64,000 nucleotides of DNA, taken from positions 33,916,001-33,980,000 of the forward strand of contig NC_058368.1 in NCBI RefSeq assembly GCF_018350175.1. Reading direction: 5' to 3'. A model generated the notes under the pieces. That model worked only from the letters and a program-made list of their open reading frames with translations. It had not been told where the DNA came from and made no database searches. The position numbers and the translations under genes were made by a program. Position 1 is the stretch's first letter. The number at the start of each line of letters is the position of its first letter. The stretch comes from Felis catus (taxonomy: Eukaryota). Below are positions 27,912 to 41,392 of this stretch, in pieces.

Positions 27912-28639
27912 ATTGTCTCCTATTTTCTTCATGTAGGGCCAAAGAGCCTGTGGGGAGGCCCACAAACTGTGTTTCTTGCACAAAAGAAAAACACAAATTT
28001 CCTGAAAATAGTTACTGAAAGGCATGTGACCTTAAATGTTATTAATACAACAGCTTTGGTTTTTTTTAAGGAAAGAGGAACTTGTGCAAATAATTGCAAA
28101 GGGAGCTTGTGAGACCTGGAAGAGTCTAGGAACAGGATAGAAATGAATCCCCAAGGACACAGAATTCCTTTCATATCAGGGTCTATATTGAACTAAATTA
28201 AGTTGTGGGGTTCTTTTGTTAAGGGTTAAAAAAGAATTGGCAGAGTGATTTTTTCAGAAGCATTTTTGTTTCTGTGAAAGAGAGAGAGAAAGAAAGATTT
28301 GAAAGAGTATATCCTTGATTCTATTACCAGACCAAAAACTAAAATGGAGTCCAAGGGCTAAGGTTGGCCAGGAAGTATTGAGGCACAAGTTAGAATGGAC
28401 CGACTGTGATTAAATACAGAGAAAAATACTGAGGAGAGGTATTCTTGGTCAGTATTTGTGGAACTTCAATGTAAAAACACATTCCCAATGTCCATTTTCA
28501 CTCATATGATTTTTCTTATTGCCCAACATCTAGTTTTCCATAGTTTCTGTGATACCTCAGCTTTTAAGAGAAATGGAATTTGCCTATTAAAATGGCAAAT
28601 GGAGCATTTAAGGTTAATCTTTTTGTAATCTTACTTTTT

Positions 28640-28871
28640 TTTTTTTTTTTTTTTTAAATTTTTTTTTTCAACGTTTATTTATTTTTGGGACAGAGAGAGA
28701 CAGAGCATGAACGGGGGAGGGGCAGAGAGATAGGGAGACACAGAATCGGAAACAGGCTCCAGGCTCTGAGCCATCAGCCCAGAGCCTGATGCGGGGCTCG
28801 AACTCAGGGAGCGCGAGATCGTGACCTGGCTGAAGTCGGACGCTTAACCGACTGCGCCACCCAGGCGCCCC
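28640..28871 (-). mobile_element. Young felid SINEC_Fc
   Basis: Long pure poly-T, CpGs retained, TSD tgtaatcttacttttt (28624-28639 and 28872-28887). Confidence 0.97.
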
Positions 28872-28939
28872 TGTAATCTTACTTTTTAACCTTAGATTTG
28901 TTTTCCAAATATGACCATGATTTAAATGTTATCAACCAG

Positions 28940-29100
28940 GTCATTACTAGCTCTGTCATCTTGAAAAGTTTTCTAACCTCTCTGAATCTCTCAATTGTAA
29001 AATGAAGATAATTATGCAACAACATGTTTTGGGAGGATTAAATAGCATGAGACATGTGATTTTCTGGTAGTCAGCAATAATACATATTTATTACCATTAA
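28940..29100 (+). mobile_element. MIR fragment
   Basis: tactagctctgtcatcttgaaaagttttctaacctctctgaatctc ... tgtaaaatgaagataat ... gggaggattaaat. Confidence 0.7.
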
Positions 29101-29763
29101 ATGTACAGTTCTGTCTAGTTTCTTAATTTTATACTTCTTTAATTCTTCAACTTGCTAGGAAAACCCAAAGTGTAAGATTGGTTTTAGTGATATTTGGGGC
29201 ATTTCATAATGACACAGCCCATTTTCCTAGTTGTCTTGGCAAATTTGGCATTGTAGCTATCCTCTACTGCGGGGCCAGTTTGCTTTATCCCAGTGCTGGA
29301 GAAGAGAAGGGTGAGGTCAATAAAGTCTCCTTAGCACCCTGAAGCAATTCACGATAATGAGCAATTAATTTTCACTCTTGATGTTTTCATAATAAGTCTC
29401 CACTAGACATAAAAAGAGCATAAACTATAAATTTGAAATGTTAGCTAATAAAAAGTCTAAATAAATATACATCTACAGACAAAATAGATTATCTTCTCTT
29501 ATAAATCTGTATTCATAATTTTTGTTTTAATAGAGATTGAAGTAGCCTCAATTATTGATATTATTTAAGTAGTTTTTACTGTTGTGAGAGATTATTATCT
29601 TTAAGATTCTTAAGTACAATTATTTCAACCACAATTTAGCTGACTAGATTTTACACATGGTCTAATAAAGGCAAAATTAATCATAACATGTTCCCTTCTC
29701 AGTTCTGTATCTCCTTTGTTCATACAACCATGTATTTTTAAAGTTCTGTTTTATTACTACCAT

Positions 29764-30015
29764 GTCTATTTAACTCCGTTGGTTAGCTCATGCTGCTAAT
29801 GAAGCCAAGGGCCTGGGTGATATCCGTTTTCAGGCCAATTAGTTTTACTCTGTCCACAGACTGTAACCCTAACCTAAGGCAAATTGTACAAAAATTGAAC
29901 GCCCTCTATTATAAAGCAGCCAGCACAGAGAAATGTGTGATTCCTTTGTTCCATCTGGAAAAACAATTTAGCATCTATGTCTGTGCAAGTCAAATCACTG
30001 TAGTCTTACATAAAC
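29764..30015 (+). mobile_element. Ancient tRNA-Ile-derived SINE (MamSINE1-like)
   Basis: Head ttaactccgttggttagctcatgctgctaatgaagccaagggcctgggt...ggcca aligns by eye to tRNA-Ile(AAT) TTAGCTCAGTTGGTTAGAGCGTGGTGCTAATAACGCCAAGGTCGCGGGT. The body has ccacagactgtaaccctaacc and ctggaaaaacaa motifs. Confidence 0.7.
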
Positions 30016-32410
30016 ACAGCGCATTATTATTTTTTTTAAATTACCTTTTCATGCACAAGTTTTTACTTTTTTTTTCTCAGATTCTTTTGAAACAAATTCA
30101 TTGATTTTCAAAACATTTTATTTTGATTAACCTTTGCACATAAACTCCAAATCACAAACAAGTAAATGGCAATTCTTACTATGGGTATTCTATCTGGATT
30201 TAGAGTCATCATCTTACAAAAATAGTTTCAACTTTCATTTCTTTCTTCATGAGTCCACAAATAAAAATGTTATTTTAAATGTTAGGCCAGTTTCTATTTT
30301 AGCGTTAAGTCGGAATGATGACTTCTCTTCGTAGTAGTGGTGCGAGTTAGGCTTATGATTCCTATGGAGGTGTTGGCTTTTAGAACTACACATACACTTC
30401 TTACCATTAGTAAGTCCTAAAAGTGTGGCTGAACATTTCAAAACACTTTATAAATCATTACAATTAACAACTTTTAAACTGCCCATCCAAAGCAACTGGC
30501 TTGACGTGCCATCTGTTATTTTTCCTTTAAAACCCTCTAGTCTGTTTATCTAAGGCAGCCATTTAACATTTAAAATGATGTTTCTTTTTAAGGTATGTGA
30601 TGGGCTGATGAAGACAAGCTTTTGTTTTAATTATCAACAATTTCTGTGATGCGATATAATTTTTGCAGTGCTCAGGGCCCTTTACAAATCAAAAGGAATC
30701 CAACTAAAACAGTAATTAATGTCAAATGACTAGTCACAAAAGGCCCTATTTAATTAAAAAGTTCTAATCTTTGATTAAACCTCATCACACATTCTCCTGA
30801 TTGCAAACTGTTGTCTCAAAAAGGGATGTAATTGGGTACATAGTATATTGTCTATCTAAAATGACACCTGCAAATTATATCAAATCACTATGGTTTGCTT
30901 AAAAGTTGAAAATCACTTGTAAGTTATATTTTTATATTGTTTTTCTCTTTCTGCTAATAAGGATATTTTGGATGAACTGTATATTCTGAAGTTGAAATAA
31001 AAGAGAGTAGGCTCATTTTTATAAAATCAAGCTCTGAGAAAAATGCCAATTTGGGTCAAATCATTATGACATATCATGTGCTTATATTCAGAAATATTTC
31101 AAAATATAATATTTTTTAAAATTCCCACATTATTTCTTATACTTCTTAGGCTTGAAGGCATATTGTCTTTTATTGTACATTGAAATCACTGATTATAAAT
31201 TCAGTTTTCTTTTACATATTGCTTTCCATTGCACTTATCTTATTTTGTGATCATTGTGTTAGACTTAGTTATAGTTCTCCTACATTTGGATACAGATAAT
31301 GGTTATTCTAACTGGGTCATGAAAAAATAGGTATAATCCTAACTGGACACAAAGACAAAGACTTGTTGGCTTATTCGGGGAAGTTCTTATTGCCATGTTT
31401 TTCCTCCATTGTAATCATTAGTATCTAAACCATATGCAATCCAATAACACAATGCTCATTCAAGATTTGATATCACTGATTGACAAACTAATCTTCAATG
31501 CAGTGTTTTATTATTATAGTTCAACCCATATTGTCATTGTTTTTATCCATATCCAACCAACTTTATGCTAATTTAATGTACCCCTCCAACCTAACCTGTG
31601 TCATTCCAATCATTTCTATTCTTCCCAATGCTTGAATAAGGGAAAGATTTAAGAAAAGTTGAGATCAAAGTCATTCCCTCTGTGTCTACTGTTTAGTAGA
31701 CAGTATTACTGTGTCTACTAAATGCCTTATGTGTGGCATTTAATGTATATCATTTCATTTAACCTACCTATCAAATCATTCACCATACTGTAAATGAAAA
31801 AAACTCATTTTATATATTTATCACATGGAATATATATAAAAGTAGAATATGTGCATATTTTTTCATTATATAAATTAAAACCATAGAAATGTAACAAACT
31901 TTAACAGCAAGCTGTTGTGTTTATGACAATTCGTGTCTCATAATTTTTTTTTTTTTGGCTCTAAGATCAAGCTAATAACTAAAGAAATAGAAATGCTTTC
32001 TTGAGTCTTTAGCTTAAGGTAGAATTAAGTCCTTGATTAATTATCAGAACACATCTTATACTATAACATCAAATCACTTATATGTATGACTTTTATGAGT
32101 AAAGTAGTTTGCTAAAATTTGTGGATCTGACACTTCAGTAAAGAATGAAATTAATTTCATAAAGATAATTGAAACAATAAAGCAAGTTAAAAGACATATT
32201 GTAAAATGATTCCAAAATTAATCCTGTCATGTACTTAACATATGATGTCAAAATTGATAACTATCTACCTAAAATGAAAATATAAATAAAAATTCTTACT
32301 GAATTTTGATGAGTCTCTTCTTTGAAAATTTAACAGACTGCTATAATTTTTTTTACACACAAAACGGTAATAAATTCTCTAATTCTGGAGACAATTTCTG
32401 TGATCAGATG

Positions 32411-32898
32411 TATAAAAGAAAAATTCTACCACACTAGTTAAATAGGAAATGAAAACTTCATAAAGATTATTACAATAGGGGAGAAACATTGAACTCAACC
32501 TCACTGAAACAAAAGACAGGAGAGTTTGCAAATGCCAATGTGATTTAGTGCAAAATTACTAGAGGACATTCATGGGGTAGTTTGGTCAATGTGATTTATC
32601 TGTATTTGTTAATTGTCACTTATGGAAGTTAGGCTCTACACCAGCACAGAAATTGGGAGATGGGGGTCCTTATCCTTCTAGACGGTTTCATTTCAAAGAG
32701 ATGACTCTCAAAATTTTGAGAAAGATATTCTTGGGTCGTAGAAAATAAATATCTCATAGGAGCAGATAAAGAAATTACAACTTCAAGTTTTCTAAAGTTT
32801 TAAAAAGTTCTAAGAAAAAAGAGGTCAGGGGCCTGGAGTCAGTAAGAAGCCTGTTGAAGTCTAGTCAAGCTGAGGGGAATGTAAGGCCATCCTGGTCA
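32411..32898 (-). mobile_element. Solo ERV1 LTR (MER67/MER31-like)
   Basis: Right end tctagtcaagctgaggggaatgtaaggccatcctggtca; 4-bp TSD GATG (32407-32410 and 32899-32902). Confidence 0.7.
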
Positions 32899-33119
32899 GA
32901 TGATCTGTTTCACCTTTACTTAAAATGAACTTTCTGTGAAGAGGTGGGGAATGACACTAATAATAGTTTGTCATTTTTTTTACTGTTCACTTCAAATTCC
33001 AATGAGTCTGTCTCAATTATTAAGCCATCTTGAATACCAGAATTTTAAAAAATATTAGGCTTCTTCCAGTTGTGATTCTTAGGACACCAGAACTGAACTA
33101 GACCATGTGTTATAATCAC

Positions 33120-34200
33120 TTGATACAAACTCACTGAATCTTTATAACACCACCTTGAAGTAGATATTTCTGTTGTCTGCAATTAACAGTTGAGGAAATA
33201 GGAGTATAGAAACGTTTAAGTAACTTGCCCAAAGACACACATCTAGCATTTGCCTGAGCCTATGTACAAACCAGGGTAGTGCACAAAAAACAAACACATT
33301 TCTCGACTTAATAGTAAAAGCATCATTCCAATGACAAAATTAACATCAACTATGAAAGGAATTGGGGTTTTGTTTTTGTTTTTGTCTTGGAAAACAGAAA
33401 GCAGAAAAAAGATCTAAATAGCACTCTGTATGTATACATTTTTCCTTTGTATTGATTGGGCATATCATATACCTTTTCCTTAAAAGATTATAACAGATCA
33501 TGATAAAGATGATGATGATGATGATGACAAAAACTGAACTTATTATGCGTTCTGAGCTAGGAGATTTACATTCAATAGCTGATGTAACATTGAAATATCA
33601 TGAGCTTTTTCTTCCCAATGGTGTTGATTTGATTGATTTCATTAGATCAATGCCATTTATTCTAAATCATAGCAATAGTAATAATAAAAAAACATTTATT
33701 TGGTACTTATTACTTCTCAAGACTTGGATCAAGGCTTTTACATCTATTAGCTCATCAACTGCATAAATAACACACAGGCACAGACAGAATTTTTTAACTG
33801 GTATAGAGTAACACAGCAAGTCGATGCTGGAACCAGGATTTGAACTGAGGAAATCTGACTTTGTAACCTTCACTCTGAAATGCAAAGCTCAGCTGTCTTG
33901 TCAGATAGTCCTGGTTTTACATTATTAATGCAGAGCAAGATAAAATAGATTCAAAAGACCATGGATCCTTTGGTGATATGAACTTAGTCGTACTTACTGA
34001 ATAGGGTTTTAACTCTGCATTTAATAGCCCTGTAACCCTGAGAAAGTCATTTGATCTCTCTGATCCTCAGGTTCCTCTTTAAGAAATGAGAAAGATGACT
34101 TCTGGCATATCTATTTCAGAAGGGTATTGCATAATTAGAATAAAAGAACTATAAAAGTGTTTTATAAACTGCCAGGTAGAATAGAAGTTCTAGTTAGCAT
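33120..34200. mobile_element. Cluster of three MIR fragments (~33120-33280 minus, ~33690-33885 minus, ~34010-34200 plus)
   Basis: taagtaacttgcccaaagacacac; ggaaccaggatttgaactgaggaaatctgact; ctctctgatcctcaggttcctc. Confidence 0.7.
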
Positions 34201-34296
34201 TGCTTTTGTCATTTTCTTGGCCTCTAAATATAAATTTAAATAAAAATAAAAACTAGGCCACTAGACCCAGACAATTGCAACTTAACCCCAATTTCT

Positions 34297-34410
34297 TTCT
34301 TTTTTAAAAAAGTTTATTTTTTAGTAATCTCTACACTCGACCTGGGGCTCGAACTCACCACCCCAAGATCAAGAGTTGCAGACTCTTCCTACTGAGCCAG
34401 CCAGGTGCCC
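34297..34410 (-). mobile_element. Short old CAN-SINE
   Basis: agtaatctctacac...ggggctcgaactcaccaccccaagatcaagagt...actgagccagccaggtgccc; TSD-like aaccccaa(a)tttct. Confidence 0.88.
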
Positions 34411-34884
34411 AACCCCAAATTTCTATTGGGGAAAAATAGTTCATTTTGGCTTTAAGAAGTAAGTAATTGTATTTAAACATATATTTAGGTCAAATTTAAC
34501 AAACTATTTTTGAATGCTTTTAAAGTTTTCCTATTTCATGTCTTTAAACTCAATACATATATGTATTTAGTTCAATAAATATATTGGTGTATAAGCAAAG
34601 CACTTGATTTAGGCTATGTTTTTCTGCTTTATCAAGGTATTGTGTCTTACATAGACAAACATTTGACTAAACAAAAACAAGCTTCCTAAAAATGAAGTGT
34701 ATGCTTGATTTTTAGAAATGCATGCCATTTATATGTAAAAATATAATTTGCTAATAATCAAATTATAATTTTTCACTTGTCGGTTTGGCAACGAAGAAAA
34801 ATATTTTGTAGTATCTACCAATGGGAAAATATGCAGAAATAGACAGTCAATACCCAGTGAGGTTATAATTTGGCCCTGCTTTAT

Positions 34885-36620
34885 TTCTCTTAATTTTTAT
34901 TTTGACAGTCAAAGTAAAGAGTCATTGCAAGAATAGCACAAAGAACCACCACGTACTTTTACCCAGTAAGCCCAGGTTTCTTGGTAAAGTTCTCTGTAGT
35001 CAAAGATCCAATCCAGAATTACCAATGCACCCCATGTGTTGCTGTCATTCAACTGGGAACAGTCTGTCACTTTCTTTGATTTTTCCAAATTCAGCATGTT
35101 TGTGTATTATATGTCAGTCATTTTTTAGAATGCCCTTATGTAAGTTTCTTGCTACTGTTGCAAATTACCACAGGCTTAGTGGCTTAAAGCAATATAAATT
35201 TTACAGTTCTGGAGGTCAGAACAAATGAGTCTCACTAGGTAAAACTAAAGTGCCAACCTGACTGTGGCTTCCTAGAGTCCCAAGGAGAGAGTCTGTTTCC
35301 TTTCTTTTTTGAGCTAGAAGCTACTCTCATTCTTTGGCTTGTGTTCCATTCCTCCATCTTTGAAATCAGCAACCTTGCACTAAGCCTTCTCATACTGCCA
35401 CCTTTCTGGTACTCTCTCTTCTGACTCCTTTCTTTCACTTATAAAGGACACATGATTATATTGGTACCACTGAAATAATCCGGGGTCATCTCTCCATGTG
35501 AGTTAATTAACAGGCTTAATTCCATTTGTTAATTTAATTTTCCTTTGCCATGTAACCATGCCTATCAACAGATTCTAGGATTAGGATGTGGTCATCTTTG
35601 GGGAGGCCATTATTCTGATGACTACAGCCTCTCATTTGGGGTTTCCCTGATGTTTCTTTAATTATTTTCAACAAGAATACTCTGACACTGTTTCTTTTTA
35701 TTGCATACCAATGAGTAGCACCCAATGTCTATTTGTCCCTTTATGGTGGCAATTTTAACATTTGATGATTATAAATCAGCCAGGTTTTTCCACTGTAGTG
35801 TAACTTCTTCCCATTTTTCATTTAATACTTATTTTTGTGGTGAGATTCTTGAAATTATGTAAATATGCCTCTTCACTTTCATTCACTCCTTTTAGGATCC
35901 ATTTCTAGGTCTTGAATGAATGATCATTCAGACAATTGCCAAATGATGATCTTCAACACCATCACTTCCTCCCCATTTATTATTTGGTTTTCTAAGTAGC
36001 ACTTTTGCTCCTCCTTGCTTATATATTTGTATCAGTGAGCACTTGTAGTTTCCTATATCATCCGATTGGTTATAATCTACCAGTGCCATTTTGATACTCT
36101 AATGTGTCAATTTGGCCAGTGGAAACCTTTTTTAGGTTGTCTTTTTTTAATAATATCCCTATTATTTCTTGAACATCTTTTTAACTTTTTTACAAAACAA
36201 GATTTTTCAGTCTCATTTTATTCATTTCTCTACCTTAGCCCTAGACGCAACGATTTCTTCAAGGATACCTGCTTCCTTAATTGGAGAGTGATATATGAAA
36301 AGCAAGTGGGCACGAGATGAGCTCATTGCTACTGGTTTGTCACTTGTCCTGGGCTCTTTCAGTGGAAACAGCCAGAAAATACATGTATGTGCATGTATAC
36401 ACACACATTCCCATGTATTTCTTTATCTATGCATGTATGTTGATAGCCAAGTATATATACCAGTACTTCCAATTCCACTGCTAAACTACAGAGTTCACAC
36501 TGCCTCTACCAACTTCCAAGTTTGGGCCTCCCTTGGTGGAGTGTGAAATACTGCTCTCATCACCTCCACCCTCTTGATTGTAGCCAATTTCCCATCGCTT
36601 GCCAGGCTGTGGCACCCCCC
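34885..36620 (-). mobile_element. Old L1M 3' fragment (interrupted by an MLT1 LTR)
   Basis: Antisense L1M 3'-UTR motifs: ttgcaagaatagcacaaagaac, ccaggtttttccactgta, tttggccagtggaaacc, ttcttcaaggatacctgcttccttaattggag. Confidence 0.6.
35139..35626 (-). mobile_element. MaLR LTR (MLT1C/D-like)
   Basis: caaattaccacaggcttagtggcttaaagcaa ... acagttctggaggtcagaa ... gattaggatgtggtcatctttggggaggccattattctg..taca; TG...CA ends. Confidence 0.85.
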
Positions 36621-36851
36621 CACAGGGGCCCCCTACACTGACTTACACCTCCCCTACCCTGGGGGCTGCTTCTCTCATTTGAGTTTGCCAGATGGACTTT
36701 TGCCAGTAGAAGGAAGGAAAAAAAGGAGAGCAGAACATAGATGGAGAAAAGCTGTAAGCGCTGTTAAAAGGGAAGGGTACAAGAAAGAGGAACGAGAATA
36801 GTTAGGTCTGTTTTTGTGAGAGCAATTTGTGAATATCTATTGATTTTTGCA

Positions 36852-37690
36852 AGTTTTTACCTGGAAATTATTTCAGACTTGCCAAAAAGTTGCAACTATA
36901 ACAGTAGTGCAAGAACACCTATAAATCCTTTACTAGGCTTACCTTTTATAAACACTTTACCACTTTGCTTTCTCTTTCTCTCATCTTCTCTCTGTTCTCT
37001 ATATGGCATGTATCTGTATAAATATGCATCTATGTAAGCACATATGCATACACATACGGATCTGTGTATACACACGCTTTTTTCCAGAATCATTTGAAAG
37101 TAAGTTTCTTATGCCATGGTCATTTACTACTAAATAGTGTTGTATATATTTCCTTAAGATAAGAGTATTGTCTTGAATAACACCAGTACAGTTACTGGCA
37201 TTAAAAAGTAACATTGAGGGGCACCTGGGTGGCTCAGTCGGTTGAGCGTCCGACTTCGGCTCAGGTCATGATCTCACAGTCTGTGAGTTCGAGCCCCGCA
37301 TTGGGCTCTGTGCTGACGGCTCAGAGCCTGGAGCCTGCTTCGGATTCTGTGTCTCCCTTTCTCTCTGCCCCTTCCCCGCTCATGCTCTGTCTCTCTCTGT
37401 CTCAAAAATAAATAAAAAACATTAAGAAAAAAAAATTAAAAAAACAAAGTAACATTGATACTTTTTTTGTCTAATCACCTGTATGTATTTCAATTTAGTC
37501 ATTTTATCCAATAATGTCCTTTATAGCATTTTAAAAATTAGGTACAGAATTCTGTCCAGGATCAGGTATTACAATAAATTGTCATGCCTCGTCAGTCTCC
37601 TTTAATCTGAAATATTTTATTTCCAAAGCCTTCCTTTGTGACATTGACATTTATGAAGAATACAGTTCCTTTAACATTTTAGTAGAATAC
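36852..37690 (-). mobile_element. Old L1M 3' fragment (interrupted by a SINE)
   Basis: ggaaattatttcagacttgccaaaaagttgcaa, aatcatttgaaagtaagtt, ccaataatgtcctttatagca, gtctcctttaatctg. Confidence 0.65.
37218..37446 (+). mobile_element. Felid CAN-SINE
   Basis: Full length, CpG-rich; TSD aaagtaacattga. Confidence 0.97.
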
Positions 37691-39456
37691 ATCGATTTGT
37701 TATTAAAATATATATTTCTTTTGACATAGCTAATTACTTTCTAGTAAGTTAATTTCATGTGAAAGAGGTTTCCACACATATATAAAAATATGCTAATAAT
37801 TGTGTCAATTTCAGTATTTTATAAAAACATCAGGAGTAATCTATATACCTATTGAGAGGAAATTAGTTACCTACATGATTATGTGTCTACACAATAAAAT
37901 TCTACATATTTATTCAAAAGCATAATGTTCTGGTGTAGAAAGATGTGCTTGATTTATCCTTACTGAGAAAAAATAAATTATATAAAGGTGTGATTAGTAC
38001 TTTTATCACATACATACTCTATTTAAGTGGCATGGAGTGTATTGTTACTTTTATAAATACTACAACTGATCCACATTTGAAAACATTATATTAATATTAC
38101 TTTGTACTAAATACTATTTCATATAAAACACAAATTTAGAATAATATCCAAATTATATTTCAATATGAATCTAAATAATTAAACCCTCTCCTATTTGAAT
38201 ATTTTAGTATTTTATAATATTTTATAAATGCTTTGTTGAATATCAGATTCTGACGTTAGATATCTATTAGAATTTCAGTAACATCTAAAACTATTATTAT
38301 AATTTCTAGTATTTTATTCAGGATAAGACTTCCAATAGCAAATTCTCTTTATATATTCAGAAAAACAATATCCGATAGTGTTTTGGAATATGTAAAAGTA
38401 TTATTAATTAACTTAGCAGATAATATTTTATAATATACCTAGTATAAAGTCAAATTACACATTGAAGCTAAATGTATATGCATCAAATAATCTATCTAAA
38501 TAAAGTGTATAAGTTATCTATTGAATAAACTTAAAGACATTTAACAGAAAAAGCCCCATGTAGAAATGCCTTCCATAAAATCAACAAGCATGTCAATTTC
38601 CCCCCTTCCCAGATCATGCAATAGGCAGCAGAATATTGCTGCTAATTGGTATATGTTTTTCTTCTGGACGTGAAAATTCTAACCTTTTACTTGACAGATG
38701 TTTGGGTAAAATGCCATGTAACATTTTGAGAGCTTATCTGTGCTCTTTACAGTTATGTTTATACTGCCACACATTCAGAAGCAAACAAATGAAATAGTAA
38801 ACAAAAGTGAAAATATGACCTAGTTAGCTATTTACAGATAAACATATAAATCAAAAGCAAGTTAATTTCAAATATGTAAAATATTTGGTAGAGTAATCAA
38901 ATAAGATATCAACCTTTTTGGAACATTTGAGAACAAATGACATATATGATGGTCAGGTGATGAGTAATTATAAATACAAAACTCACAATTCGTAAAATCT
39001 TCATTAGACCCATTTTTGTCATATTTTAGCTGCAAAATGGACTAGTACCATAATAACAGTGAACTGGTTTTTAGAGTTAGCAAAATCTTTTCCAAATGTC
39101 CTCTGGTCCCTATAAAATTGGGAGAGAGGAACATCAAATACTTTATTAGTATTTTTGAGATGATAAAATGTAGTCTCTGGGAGGTTGACCAACTTGTCTA
39201 CTGGATGAGATGAAACCAAATCTTCCGATAACATTTTCAGCATCATGAATGACATACGTTACCCTGAACAAATCACCCATGCCCCATACCAAGACTGTCA
39301 GAAAAATTTAGGTGTAACTAAGACTGCCAATGATCCGATGCTCTGTATTTTGTAATATTTTATAAATGCTTCGTTGAATAAATTTATTTATTAATACTTT
39401 TGTTGAAAATATTAAGTCCACATAAACCAATTAGCTTTGTTCTTCTGTCATACGTA

Positions 39457-39657
39457 TTTTTTTTAACATTTATTTATTTTTGAGAGACAGAGCATGAGCA
39501 GAGGAGGGGCAGAGAGAGAGAGGGAGACACAGAATCCAAAGCAGGTTCCAGGCTCCCAGCTGTCAGCACAGCGCCCCACGTGGGGCTCGAACTCACAAAC
39601 CGTGAGATCATGACCTATGCCAAAGTCGGACGCTTTACTGAGACAGCCAGGCTCCCC
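39457..39657 (-). mobile_element. CAN-SINE
   Basis: Antisense; TSD-like tgtcata(c/a)gtat. Confidence 0.94.
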
Positions 39658-40669
39658 ATTGTGTCATAAGTATCTTAAACTCATCAGGATGAATGATAAA
39701 TGTATTCAACGAGGCAGAAATGAAGGCAGATGTAAGTTTCAATAAACTAATCCACACTTTTATAAGAAAAATAGCACTTTACTAAAATGGCATTAATTTC
39801 ATTGAATCACTAAAGAAACCTATCAGATATCGGACCTCACATATACAACAACACTGGAACATAGCAATTTAGTATGCCTTATCTAAAGAGTTAAGTCACA
39901 TAAATAAAAGTAGGAAGTACTAATAAATCTTTTCCTTTTGAAATGTTATGTTAAGGTGTACCAAGTCAAATGGGTTCTTATTTCATTTACCTATAAATTA
40001 ATTCCCCTCTTTAGCATTGTTTGGTTTCCCAGCAATGCACTAAAATACAAAAGAATGTTAATCATGGACACACACCAAGGATGCTGTTATTCTACTTGGG
40101 GAATAAATTATTTATGATGAATGTAACAGTGAAAAACAAGAGAAAGTAGTTCGAAGCAATCAGTTGTTTCTTGTGGAACTTTGGCATTTTAGAAAACTGA
40201 GTGATCTCTGTGAGAAAAAGGACTTGCCTGGTGGGGAGAAGAACAAAAGCCAACATGGAAATTAATATTGCTTATATGAGAGATAGTGAAGTGATTGAAA
40301 TTAATGTGTTAGTGAGGGCAAATGGTACCGTTAGTTTACTTATGTATTTTTAACATAAATTATTATGTATTCATAATAGAAAATTTATAAAATTGAAGAT
40401 AAGAAGTCACCCATCACCCTACCACCTAGAATTAAATGCAAAGGACATAGCCTTATAAATGCTTGGTGTTTGTATCTCCACTTATTTTTTACGTACAAAT
40501 GTGTATACACAGGTTGTAAGAAAATTCTAATAGTGTATACACTGCTTCTATTAAATACTGTTTAATTTAAAATTTTTAATGTTGTTCCATTTTATTAATG
40601 TTTCTTCTATTAACATTTGAATAGAACGCTAACAGATAGCTGTTGTATAATGTATTTATCCACTCCTTC

Positions 40670-41078
40670 TGTGGTAGCAAAAATGCTCCCTCCAAAGATA
40701 TCCACATCCTAATCCCCGGAAATCTGCAAATACGGTATAGTACATGGAAAAATGGACTTCACAGATGTAAATAAGGTTGCAGACTTTTATTTAGAGAGAT
40801 CATCTGAGTTATCCGAATGGACCCAATCTAATAACATGAGCTCTTAAAGCCAGGAAATTTTCTCCAGCTGGAGTCAAAATAGATGCAGCAGAAGGGGAAG
40901 TCAAAGAGATTTGAAGTTGGAAAAGCATCTGGCTTTTCTAGTTTGAAGATGGAGAGGGCAAATGACAAGGCATGCAGACAGCCTTGTGGAGCTGAGAAAA
41001 TCTCCTGACTGACAACCAGCGAGGAAATGAGGACCTCTTTCCTACAGTTACACACAACCGAATTTGATCAACAATCCT
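40670..41078 (+). mobile_element. MaLR LTR (MLT1D/E-like), 3' truncated
   Basis: tgtggtag...ccaaagatatccacatcctaatccccggaa ... ggacttcacagatgtaa ... ctgacaaccagcgaggaaatgaggacctc. Confidence 0.82.
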
Positions 41079-41175
41079 GGACCATGGACAAAGAGCTCTC
41101 CTTGTCTTCCTTGTTCATTATAATTCCAGAATCTACAATGTATCTCTCCTTTGCCAAATCAAGAATGAATGAATT

Positions 41176-41392
41176 GGGGCACCTGGGTGGCTCAATCGAT
41201 TGAGTGTCCAACTCTTGATTTTGGCTCAGGTCGTGATCTCGAGGTTCGTGAGTTCAAGCCCTGCATCTGGCTCTGTACTGACAGTGCAGAGCCTGCTTGG
41301 GATTCTCTCCCTCCTCTCTCCCCTGCCCCTCCCCTGTGCATGCTCTCCCTCTCTTTCTCTCTCAAAATAAATAAATAAACGTTAAAACAAAA
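41176..41392 (+). mobile_element. CAN-SINE
   Basis: ggggcacctgggtggctcaatcg head; TSD-like aagaatga(a/g)tgaa. Confidence 0.95.

Noticed and set aside
29764..29837. Functional tRNA-Ile gene
   Set aside because: The T-loop/B-box (GTTCGA) is destroyed, the stems are mismatched and a SINE body follows.
33500..33766. 88-aa ORF with a poly-Met start
   Set aside because: Produced by an (ATG)n microsatellite running into a MIR fragment.
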